Position numbers and translations under genes: made by a program. Source: a virus (lineage: Duplodnaviria > Caudoviricetes). From it: a stretch of DNA of 64,000 bases. The notes beneath the pieces were generated by a model. The model saw nothing but the letters and a program-made list of their open reading frames with translations, was not told where the DNA came from and made no database searches. Shown one piece after another: positions 54,504 to 62,239 of this stretch. Position 1 is the stretch's first letter, and each line of letters opens with the position of its first letter. The stretch covers positions 2,870 through 66,869 of the IMG/VR virus record IMGVR_UViG_3300004481_002026; one strand, given 5' to 3'.

Positions 54504-54729
54504 GCCAACGACCCGGAACTGTCCGCAATATGCTCCTCGCATTTACCGAACTGGTCCCCGGCCGTCCGCACTGGCTGCATCGGAACGTTCTGTTCAAAGC
54601 GGAATCGTTCGGCGGCATTTTCGCCATGTCGATCTCGGCGTGCCTCTCGCACGGTTCGCAATAGACGAAATACTGCAGGTCCATTGCGATCATGCCCGCC
54701 CATGTGGCGTTGCTGGTGTGTTTGGTCAT
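54496..54729 (-). CDS. Small Zn-ribbon protein
   Basis: CEPC...CSQCG. Confidence 0.6.
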   Translation of the reverse strand: MTKHTSNATWAGMIAMDLQYFVYCEPCERHAEIDMAKMPPNDSALNRTFRCSQCGRPGTSSVNARSILRTVPGRWPK

Positions 54730-54740
54730 TTTCTAAATAT

Positions 54741-54776
54741 AAGCCCGCTTGCCGTAACTGGCGAGCGGGCTTTTTT
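54741..54776 (+). terminator. Rho-independent terminator
   Basis: GCCCGCTTGCC...GGCGAGCGGGC followed by TTTTTT. Confidence 0.75.
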
Positions 54777-54794
54777 GCGTTCTGGCGAATTTCC

Positions 54795-54826
54795 TTGACA
54801 ATTTTGTAAATATAAGCTATTGTCAA
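54795..54826 (+). promoter_or_regulatory. Promoter/operator cassette copy 6
   Basis: ttgacaattttgtaaatataagctattgtcaa. Confidence 0.85.
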
Positions 54827-54883
54827 GATAACCAAACCACGACTCCACCGGCCTCACCAGCCATCACCACAGAGGAGACCAAC

Positions 54884-55528
54884 ATGAGACGATATCTCTA
54901 TGGATTTCTTGCCGCCATCACACTAGTCGCGGCCACCCTCTATTCAACATCGGCCGGCTCTGTCCCGCCGCCTGTCACGTCCTCATTCTCCATCAAGATC
55001 GTCCTACCGGCTGGCCACGGAAGCGGCACGCACATCGGATCCGGCTACATCGTGACGGCAGCGCATGTCGTTAAGGGCAAGGCGTCTGTGGTGATCAAGA
55101 CCACTCGCGGCAATCCGCGGTACGCTCGCGTCTTGTGGGTCAATGACGCATACGACATCGCGCTCTTGCGCACCGAGCCACAGGGAATCGCCGTAGCGCA
55201 TATGTCCTGCCGCTCCTTGAAAGAAGGAGACTCCGTTCGCGCCGACGGTAATCCCCTGAATATTGAGTTCGTCTCTTCATCCGGCAAGATATCCGGAGCC
55301 GCGCGCCAGACCCCAATGCACAAGCTAACCTACATCACCGACATGACGACCGTCATGGGAATGTCAGGTGGCGGCCTGTTTGACAGCAAGGGCGATCTGG
55401 TCGGCGTTACCTCCGCCGTTGCTTTGGCACCGCTGCCGCTTGGCAAGAACTACGTGCCTAGCCTGACTGGTTTTGGCATGGCGGTTCCGACGTCTGCGGT
55501 CTGTGAACTTATGGGAAGGGGCGTGTGA
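54884..55528 (+). CDS. Secreted trypsin-like serine protease
   Basis: Signal/transmembrane N-terminus; catalytic TAAHV, DIAL, GMSGGG. Confidence 0.88.
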   Translation: MRRYLYGFLAAITLVAATLYSTSAGSVPPPVTSSFSIKIVLPAGHGSGTHIGSGYIVTAAHVVKGKASVVIKTTRGNPRYARVLWVNDAYDIALLRTEPQGIAVAHMSCRSLKEGDSVRADGNPLNIEFVSSSGKISGAARQTPMHKLTYITDMTTVMGMSGGGLFDSKGDLVGVTSAVALAPLPLGKNYVPSLTGFGMAVPTSAVCELMGRGV

Positions 55529-55701
55529 TGGGGAACGCTTGGAAGGAATACGAGAACGACTTCAACGCCCTGTCGGACGATCAGATCGAACGAGAGTGCG
55601 AGTCGGCTCGATTGGAGTTCGAAGAGGCGGAAAGTTGGCTTGAGGCGGTTGCGCTGTGGCGCGCGGCTGGTAGCCCGAGAAGCGGAGATGCAGCACAATG
55701 A
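55528..55701 (+). CDS. Small acidic protein (57 aa)
   Basis: Hand-translated; coupled on both sides. Confidence 0.55.
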   Translation: MGNAWKEYENDFNALSDDQIERECESARLEFEEAESWLEAVALWRAAGSPRSGDAAQ

Positions 55702-56168
55702 CCGACACCCTCCCAACCCACCTCGATTACCACACCCCCAAGCCGCTCTCTGGCGTCACCGCAAAACTTATCGTCCTCAACGTCTGCTGGGCCGCGCTGG
55801 TCGTGTGGGCAGCTGTGATGGGCTACGTTTCGTTCGTTTTCACTCATGACGTGTCGAACATCAGCTACGTCATTTCGGCGGTTCTTGTCGTGGCGCTGGG
55901 CTCGGCATTCGTCGGGCACACGCGTATCCTGCCGCACGCGAAGGTCTGGGCAGTCATGCTTGGCCTTGTAGGGAATCTGATCGGATTCGTGATCGCCATC
56001 CAAGGAATGGGCAGCGGCGACATGGCAAGCGCGGCTGGCCTTCTGAAGCTAGGCACATCCCTGATTGACGGGATGAGCGTGGCGTTCTGCTCAACGCTGG
56101 TCGGCGCGATCTCCGCACTATGGATCGGAACGGTCGGCTACGTTCTTCATATGGATGCTGGCGAATGA
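55698..56168 (+). CDS. MotA/TolQ/ExbB-like membrane protein
   Basis: Four hydrophobic segments; LGLVGNLIGF...GMSVAFCSTLVG. Confidence 0.7.
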   Translation: MTDTLPTHLDYHTPKPLSGVTAKLIVLNVCWAALVVWAAVMGYVSFVFTHDVSNISYVISAVLVVALGSAFVGHTRILPHAKVWAVMLGLVGNLIGFVIAIQGMGSGDMASAAGLLKLGTSLIDGMSVAFCSTLVGAISALWIGTVGYVLHMDAGE

Positions 56169-56713
56169 TTAGGACCGTCATCCAAGACACGCTTCTGGCA
56201 ATGTTGCTGGCTGCGGTCGCCATCCTGATGTTCTTCTTGCCGTCAATCAATCCAATCGCCGCCCAAGAAGACCCACTATCTCCACCCGGCAATCTCATCG
56301 CCAGCATAACCTGGCCCGCCGGGAGCATAGACGTCGACCTTCGCGTCGGCGCACCGAACGACGGCCCGGTGGACTATTCTCGCCGCTCCGGACGTACGTG
56401 GTCGTTGCTACGCGATGATCTCGGCACGGCCAATGACGACACGCCGTTGAACATGGAATCAGCCTTCACACGCGGTCTCCCCGACGGAGAGTACGCCATC
56501 AACGTTCGCTGCTTTGGCTGCGCTGGGCGCGTTCCAGTATTGGTCAATGTGGAAGTTCGGCTCGCCGACGGTGGGCTGATCTGGACCGGACCGGTTTCGC
56601 TGGAGCGGGACAAGCAGGAAAAAACAGCAATCCGCTTTCGCATGGCGGGCGGTAAGGTTGTGGCCGGATCGGCGAATATGGTGTTCAAGATGATGAAATC
56701 GGAGGGGAAGTGA
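56165..56713 (+). CDS. Membrane-anchored periplasmic protein (YfaP-like beta domain)
   Basis: N-terminal transmembrane DTLLAMLL; ITWPAG..DVDL..LLRDDLG..N.E..DGEY.INV. Confidence 0.7.
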   Translation: MIRTVIQDTLLAMLLAAVAILMFFLPSINPIAAQEDPLSPPGNLIASITWPAGSIDVDLRVGAPNDGPVDYSRRSGRTWSLLRDDLGTANDDTPLNMESAFTRGLPDGEYAINVRCFGCAGRVPVLVNVEVRLADGGLIWTGPVSLERDKQEKTAIRFRMAGGKVVAGSANMVFKMMKSEGK

Positions 56714-56973
56714 TGGACCTGTTCTTGATAATTGCCGCTTGGCTGGCGAGCGGCCTGCTTGGCTCTTACCTTGCTATCGAAACATTCTGGCGGCGCGGCT
56801 CGGTGCCAATGGATATCGATTTGATGGATCTAGGGTTCTTTGCCTTTATGGCCCTTCTGGGCCCGCTCAATCTGCTTGTTGGAACAGCGTTTCTCGTTGG
56901 CTGGCTCTGGGGTTTTGCTTGGAAGATGACGGGCATCGAACCGCGCCAGCCAATCATCAGGAGGCCGTCATGA
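56713..56973 (+). CDS. Membrane protein
   Basis: Two hydrophobic helices; coupled. Confidence 0.6.
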   Translation: MDLFLIIAAWLASGLLGSYLAIETFWRRGSVPMDIDLMDLGFFAFMALLGPLNLLVGTAFLVGWLWGFAWKMTGIEPRQPIIRRPS

Positions 56974-57401
56974 CCCCCGCCATCACCCTCTGGCTAATCC
57001 TGACCCTATCCATCGGCGCAATCACATGGTTCGGCACAAGACGGCAAGCCATCGCCTTCACGGTCGTTTCCATCATAACCGGCTTTGCCGTCACCATCCC
57101 ACTAGGCCACGCCGCCCCATGGCAACCCGCACCCGGCCACTACACGGTGCTGGGCGCCAAGATCGAAGTCGATGTTGCGATCTACGTGCTGCTCGACAGT
57201 TCCGAAGGCCCGCGCTTCTACCGCCTGCCGTACACCACCGGCACGGCTAACGCCTTGCAGGCTTCTTTGGATGCCGCGCTCGGCAGTGGCGGCACGGTCG
57301 GCGCTGACATCGATGGCGAGGGTTCGCCTGGATTTGCGGAAGAAGGTGGCGGTGCGGCTGGGGAAGTGAAAGAGCAGGGGCGGGAGGTGCCACTACTATG
57401 A
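56970..57401 (+). CDS. Membrane protein with periplasmic domain
   Basis: Two N-terminal transmembrane helices; IYVLL...PRFYRLP. Confidence 0.7.
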   Translation: MTPAITLWLILTLSIGAITWFGTRRQAIAFTVVSIITGFAVTIPLGHAAPWQPAPGHYTVLGAKIEVDVAIYVLLDSSEGPRFYRLPYTTGTANALQASLDAALGSGGTVGADIDGEGSPGFAEEGGGAAGEVKEQGREVPLL

Positions 57402-57571
57402 TTCCTATGCGAGGTTCTGGCCGTGACCAGCAGATGACGGAAGAAGAAATGATCGCGGCGGCAGTGGCCAACATCCGCGCCGACTACCGCGAAAAGAAGA
57501 TTACTAAGGATCGCTTCCAGATGGAAATGCTCATCGTTGCGCGGTCTCGATCGCAGGAGGCCAAAACATGA
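57398..57571 (+). CDS. Small hypothetical protein
   Basis: Hand-translated; ATGA coupled. Confidence 0.45.
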   Translation: MIPMRGSGRDQQMTEEEMIAAAVANIRADYREKKITKDRFQMEMLIVARSRSQEAKT

Positions 57572-57687
57572 CCCCCGAAATGTGGACGCACGTTTACTGG
57601 CTGCTGACATCGATCGCCATCTTTGGCCTGATCATTGGCTTCGGCTGTTGGTACGGATTGAAGCAACTGCCGCTAGAGGAGGATTGA
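57568..57687 (+). CDS. Small membrane peptide (39 aa)
   Basis: AGGAGG SD; single transmembrane helix. Confidence 0.55.
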   Translation: MTPEMWTHVYWLLTSIAIFGLIIGFGCWYGLKQLPLEED

Positions 57688-57882
57688 ATGAACCTCGACA
57701 TGAGCAACGCCCCAAAAGATGGGCCTCTGATTATTGCCAGCCAGTGCGGCAAGGTAATCAAGAGTTACTGGGTCAAGCCGACGAAGCAAGAGGCGGGCCG
57801 CTGGGCTGGGTTCTCCGTCAATTCAAAGCCTGACGGCTGGTGGCCTTGGCCGAAGCATCCGAACGGGAAGGCGGGGGAATGA
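57688..57882 (+). CDS. Hypothetical phage protein (DMSNAPKDG family)
   Basis: GAGGAGG SD; APKDG..W..WP motif. Confidence 0.7.
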   Translation: MNLDMSNAPKDGPLIIASQCGKVIKSYWVKPTKQEAGRWAGFSVNSKPDGWWPWPKHPNGKAGE

Positions 57883-58076
57883 GCGACTGGATTGAATGGA
57901 GCGGCGGGCCGTGTCCGGTTTCTGATGAGACAAAGGTGGAAATCAGAATGGAGACGTTAGCCCAGTGGACCGGAGAGGCCAGCGAGTTCAGTTGGGTGAA
58001 GATGGGCGATGACGCCGACATAACCGAATATCGCATTATACAGGAGACACCCATTGCCACAACCACCATTGACTAA
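57879..58076 (+). CDS. Hypothetical phage protein (WIEW.GG..PV domain)
   Basis: Paralogous to the C-half of 16248-16652. Confidence 0.7.
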   Translation: MSDWIEWSGGPCPVSDETKVEIRMETLAQWTGEASEFSWVKMGDDADITEYRIIQETPIATTTID

Positions 58077-59322
58077 CGAACAGATCCAAGAAGCAGTCGA
58101 CGCACTGGCCGAACACGGCACGCAGTCCGCTGCAGCCTCGGCGCTGGGGCTGGCTAGATCGAGCTTTCAGGGCCGCTTAAATAGAGCGGCGGAGCGGGGG
58201 CTGCTGGGGACGAAGCCGGTGCTTCCTGGGTTTCGCTTGACAAAGACGACAGCCGTAACCAACGAGAACGGCGACGTCGTGCGCGAGTTCGTCCAGCAGC
58301 GGTCAGAAGCCGGCGTTGAGTTCGAGCTGATGGCTGGGCATACCATCAAGGGTGTCTCTGCCCTCGTCGATCCATCCGGCCGTATTATGCAGCAATGGAT
58401 TAAGACGCGCGAACAGCCCTCGGCTGTCGACATTGCCGAGACGCTGAAGGAAGCCTTCAAGGACTACGAACACGGAGCAATCCCACAGCCTGCGCCTGCC
58501 GTGTCAGACCTTGACCTTCTGACACTCATCCCCTGCAACGACTGGCACGTGAATCTTCTGACATGGGAACGGGAAACCGGCACGAACTGGGATCTCAAGA
58601 TCGCCGAGCGCGTCATCGGGCAGGGCATTGAGGATGCAATCTCACGGACGGCCAAGGCCGGACATGCCATCGTCTTGGGTGGAGGTGACCTGCTCCACGC
58701 GGATAATAACGAAAGCCGCACGGCGCGCAGCAACAACGTGCTCGATACAGACGGCAGGCACCAGAAGGGTCTTGAGGTTGCCGGCCGTCTTATGGTCAGA
58801 ACGATCGATGCTGCTCTTCGCAATAACCGGGCTGTGACAGTCCGCATTCTTCAGGGCAACCACGATGAACACACGTCGGTCGCCATCGGCTATTTCCTGC
58901 TGGCTTGGTATCGCAACGAGCCTCGCGTCTTCGTTGACGTGGATGCCTCTTTGTTCTTCTGGCATCGCTTCGGAGCGGTCATGCTTGGTGCGACGCACGG
59001 GCATACCGTCAAGCTCAAGGACATGGCCAGCATCATGGCTCATCGGCGGGCCGAAGATTGGGGCGCAACGAAGTTCAGATATGTCCATGGGTTTCATATT
59101 CACCACGCCAGCAAGTTCCAGACGGAAGGCAACGGCGTGATTATGGAATCGCATCAGGCGCCAATTCCGCAAGATGCCTGGCACTTCGGCGCGGGCTTCC
59201 TTTCGGGCCGCTCCGTCCAGACCGTGACCTACCATCGGCTGTTCGGCGAGATTTCCCGCGTTCGGGTGGCCATGCTGGACGCGGCTGCGAATGACAATCA
59301 AAAGATGGGGGTGGCGGCGTGA
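58054..59322 (+). CDS. HTH plus calcineurin-like metallophosphoesterase
   Basis: N-terminal HTH (GTQSAAASALGLARSS); NDWH, GGDLLH, GNHD, HGH, GFHIHH. Confidence 0.85.
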   Translation: MPQPPLTNEQIQEAVDALAEHGTQSAAASALGLARSSFQGRLNRAAERGLLGTKPVLPGFRLTKTTAVTNENGDVVREFVQQRSEAGVEFELMAGHTIKGVSALVDPSGRIMQQWIKTREQPSAVDIAETLKEAFKDYEHGAIPQPAPAVSDLDLLTLIPCNDWHVNLLTWERETGTNWDLKIAERVIGQGIEDAISRTAKAGHAIVLGGGDLLHADNNESRTARSNNVLDTDGRHQKGLEVAGRLMVRTIDAALRNNRAVTVRILQGNHDEHTSVAIGYFLLAWYRNEPRVFVDVDASLFFWHRFGAVMLGATHGHTVKLKDMASIMAHRRAEDWGATKFRYVHGFHIHHASKFQTEGNGVIMESHQAPIPQDAWHFGAGFLSGRSVQTVTYHRLFGEISRVRVAMLDAAANDNQKMGVAA

Positions 59323-59477
59323 AGTATCTGACAAATGGATGGATTTTGTGGCTCTCCGCCTCGGCGCTCGCCGGAATCGGAGCCGCTTGTGAACTGAGCA
59401 TTGGCCACGGCTTTACCACGGCCGCCGTAGGTCTCGGCATTGCATCAATGGCTTCTGTCATCATTGCCACCACCTAA
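59319..59477 (+). CDS. Small membrane protein (52 aa)
   Basis: Hand-translated; GTGA overlap; two hydrophobic segments. Confidence 0.45.
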   Translation: MKYLTNGWILWLSASALAGIGAACELSIGHGFTTAAVGLGIASMASVIIATT

Positions 59478-59523
59478 GCCCCACCAAGGCAGCCTAACCA
59501 CCACACCACATGAGGAGACGAAA

Positions 59524-59745
59524 ATGGACTACGAAACAGAGATCAAAAAGCTTGCGATAGAGGATGGCGACATCATCGTTATCCGATCGCAGAAGAGAAT
59601 CAGCACGGAGCAGGCAAGGCACCTCCACAACGGAATTAGTGGAATTCTGCGCGATATCGGCAAAGAGGTGAAGGCAATCGTCTTGGACGACGGCCTGACC
59701 CTTGAGGTTCTGAAGACGTCCAACCTCAAGGATGTCGCAGCATGA
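59524..59745 (+). CDS. Hypothetical protein
   Basis: GAGGAGAC SD; ends DVAA. Confidence 0.7.
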   Translation: MDYETEIKKLAIEDGDIIVIRSQKRISTEQARHLHNGISGILRDIGKEVKAIVLDDGLTLEVLKTSNLKDVAA

Positions 59746-60473
59746 GCGTTATACCGGAATCCCAAAACAGTATAACGACCGGCCCGCTCGACAAGTACGT
59801 GGCAGCGAATGATAACGCGCCTGTCGCGGAGGTCGTCAACCTTACCGGCGGCCAGTACATCGGCCTGACGCGCGGCGAGCGTGACGCGGCCGACAAGCTG
59901 CGTAACCAGCATCGCCACCGAACCGGCGACTTCATGCAAACCTACACAGGACGCGCCTTCTGGCCTCTGGATCCGCGCGCCGACGAAGTCTTCATCGAGG
60001 ACATAGCCCATAGCCTGTCCTTGCAATGCAGATTTGCAGGCCACTGCGTCAAGTTCTATTCGGTGGCGGAACACTCTGTTCTGATTGCCCGCTGGCTGCT
60101 TGACCGCTACGGCCCGCAAATCGCCCTCCACGGCCTTCTCCACGATGCGCCTGAAGCATACGTCGTCGACGTGCCGCGGCCGCTGAAGCCATTCCTTGCC
60201 AACTACAAGGGGATTGAAGCAGGAGTTATGGCGGCGATCTCGGCCCGTTACGGACTGGCCGCCGACATGCCGGACGCAGTGCACGAAGCCGACGGACGAA
60301 TCATCTGCGACGAACTTGTCAACCTGTTGCCGATGTTCTGGCACGGCAAGCATGACGACCCGCTCGGCGTCACCTTGGAATACTGGTCGCCGGAAGAGGC
60401 GGAAGTCGAGTTCCTGGCTGCGTTCGATGCTCTGACGGGGATTGTTGGTGATGAGGGGAGGATGGCGGCTTGA
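59742..60473 (+). CDS. HD-domain 5'-deoxynucleotidase (YfbR-like)
   Basis: IEDIAHSLS..CRFAGH, YSVAEHS, LLHDAPEAYVVD. Confidence 0.88.
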   Translation: MSVIPESQNSITTGPLDKYVAANDNAPVAEVVNLTGGQYIGLTRGERDAADKLRNQHRHRTGDFMQTYTGRAFWPLDPRADEVFIEDIAHSLSLQCRFAGHCVKFYSVAEHSVLIARWLLDRYGPQIALHGLLHDAPEAYVVDVPRPLKPFLANYKGIEAGVMAAISARYGLAADMPDAVHEADGRIICDELVNLLPMFWHGKHDDPLGVTLEYWSPEEAEVEFLAAFDALTGIVGDEGRMAA

Positions 60474-60700
60474 TGACTCACCGACAGCGGGAGGCTTTAT
60501 CGTGGCTGCGATGGCGGCACGTTAAGTTCCCCACACACGCCAACTTCGCCACCGTCCATCTTGGGGTGGATACGACTGCGCTTCTGCGCAAGCTCGTTCC
60601 CCTTGGTCTCGTGTCGGCCACGAAAGGCGGAAGTGGTTCACGACAGTTCTTTGCCATCACCGATGCGGGTCTCGCCGCACTGCAGGAGGCCGCGGCATGA
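60473..60700 (+). CDS. Small winged-helix-like protein
   Basis: LLRKLVPLGLV...FAITDAG. Confidence 0.6.
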   Translation: MTHRQREALSWLRWRHVKFPTHANFATVHLGVDTTALLRKLVPLGLVSATKGGSGSRQFFAITDAGLAALQEAAA

Positions 60701-60984
60701 AGCGCGGAGACAAAGTCGTCTGCATCAACGACAAGGTGCCGCTTGCTGGAGGCGCCGTGGTTAAGGACGCGAACCTGACGGAAGGCGAAGTCTATGTCGT
60801 GCGCTGGTACGGCAAGGAGGTGCATTACACGCTCGGCACCTACTACGGCGTCAAGCTGGAGGGCATCGACAGCAAGTTCGGCGATGCGTGGGCCACGCCA
60901 GACTGCGCCTATGACGCCAACCGCTTCCGCCCGGTCGTCGAGCCGAAGATCGAAACCAAGATCAAACTGGAGGAGAAGGTATGA
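60697..60984 (+). CDS. Hypothetical phage protein
   Basis: MKRGDKVVCIND start; coupled. Confidence 0.7.
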   Translation: MKRGDKVVCINDKVPLAGGAVVKDANLTEGEVYVVRWYGKEVHYTLGTYYGVKLEGIDSKFGDAWATPDCAYDANRFRPVVEPKIETKIKLEEKV

Positions 60985-61130
60985 TGTGGCCATGGAAAAA
61001 TAGCGAGGCTGCATTCTCGCCTATGCAAATGCAGTCGGCGTGGGAGGCGGCTCAACGAGCGGCCCGCCAGAGATTTGAAGATTACGCCGCCGAATACAGG
61101 AAGCGCGCAGCACTGGAGGAGACACAATGA
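60981..61130 (+). CDS. Small hypothetical protein (49 aa)
   Basis: Hand-translated; ATGA overlaps at both ends. Confidence 0.5.
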   Translation: MMWPWKNSEAAFSPMQMQSAWEAAQRAARQRFEDYAAEYRKRAALEETQ

Positions 61131-61987
61131 ACAACACCGACACATGGAGCCCATGGAATACCGAAGGCTGCCTGACGGACCTTCCGTCCAATTCCCAAGT
61201 TGCTGCGCTCGGCGCGGCAATCGGGAAGACAGATTACGAGGCATTGGGACAGGCGGTGATGGACAGGTTCCCCAAGACGCTTGCGGCGCTGGCCGAATCA
61301 GAGCGCCGGCTCCCCGACCTCCCAGACGAAGCCTACCCAGACGAAAGCATTCTTCTTCCGGCCGGTATTATGCCGATCGTCTATCCGCGCTCTGCGGCCA
61401 ATGACAACAAGCCTCCGATGATTGGAATCACTGGCAAGCGGAACGTCGGCAAATCGACCGTCGCCACGCTTCTGGAAAGCAAGTTCGGATTCTCTCGCGC
61501 ACACGCTTTCGATGGCGGGAAGCTGGCGGCGGAAACCTACTTCCGGCACGTCACGGGCAGCGCCTTGGAGGCGCAACAGATGGTCTACGGCTATCTCAAA
61601 GACATTCCATCGCCACACCTGCCTGGCAACGTTGCGCCGCGTTTCTTCCTCGAGAAGTTCGGTCACTTCATGGGCGTTGACATGGGCGTCGAATGGACAC
61701 TGGCGATGGAGATCAATCGTCTGCGGCGCGAATCGCCTAAGTCGCCAATCGTTGTCGAATCGCTGGTGTATGAAGCACCGTGGTTCCAGGCTGCCGGCGG
61801 CTATGTCCTGCGGCTGGAGCGTCCGGATCATGACGGGCCGGAAGGCATTGCGAGCGACAGCGTGCAAGCCACCATCAAGGCTGATGCAGTAATCTCGGCG
61901 CGGTCAGTCGAGGAGCTGGAGGACAAGGCACTCCGCCTTATCGATAGTCTCGTCGGAGAACAGGAGGTGCGGCGGTGGTCGGCTTGA
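61127..61987 (+). CDS. Deoxynucleoside monophosphate kinase (phage dNMP kinase family) with N-terminal extension
   Basis: IGITGKRNVGKST P-loop, PRFFLEKFG, LRLER..H..SD. Confidence 0.85.
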   Translation: MNNTDTWSPWNTEGCLTDLPSNSQVAALGAAIGKTDYEALGQAVMDRFPKTLAALAESERRLPDLPDEAYPDESILLPAGIMPIVYPRSAANDNKPPMIGITGKRNVGKSTVATLLESKFGFSRAHAFDGGKLAAETYFRHVTGSALEAQQMVYGYLKDIPSPHLPGNVAPRFFLEKFGHFMGVDMGVEWTLAMEINRLRRESPKSPIVVESLVYEAPWFQAAGGYVLRLERPDHDGPEGIASDSVQATIKADAVISARSVEELEDKALRLIDSLVGEQEVRRWSA

Positions 61988-62190
61988 TTCCGGAGGGGGT
62001 GAAGGCGACTGCTCTCGCGGTATGCCGGGATATTGGCATTGGCAATCTGGTCGCTTGGCCAGAGGACGTGGCCACCGCCATCCTCGCAGAGCGTCAGCGT
62101 TGCTCGGAGGTGGTGGACAGTTGGTCGACGACCGACCCTTCACTGAAGACCAACCTGCACTTTGTCGCAGCGGCCATCCTCAACCCATAA
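61975..62190 (+). CDS. Hypothetical protein
   Basis: AGGAGG SD; AILAERQRC motif shared with 6447-7034. Confidence 0.6.
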   Translation: MVGLIPEGVKATALAVCRDIGIGNLVAWPEDVATAILAERQRCSEVVDSWSTTDPSLKTNLHFVAAAILNP

Positions 62191-62202
62191 CCCACAAACA
62201 CC

Positions 62203-62233
62203 AACCCCGCTTGCTCGCGCAGGCGGGGTTTTT
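62203..62233 (+). terminator. Terminator between the rightward operon and the convergent integrase
   Basis: CCCCGCTTGC...GCAGGCGGGG followed by TTTTT. Confidence 0.75.
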
Positions 62234-62239
62234 CGTTGA

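Noticed and set aside
7227-61408. ANDN as a dispersed DNA repeat or mobile element
   Set aside because: Synonymous codon variation and no shared flanking DNA point to protein-level selection.
59742-61987. Modified-base (2-aminoadenine or hypermodified) genome pathway
   Set aside because: HD nucleotidase and kinase are present, but no PurZ, thymidylate-synthase-like or base-modifying enzyme and no phage polymerase.
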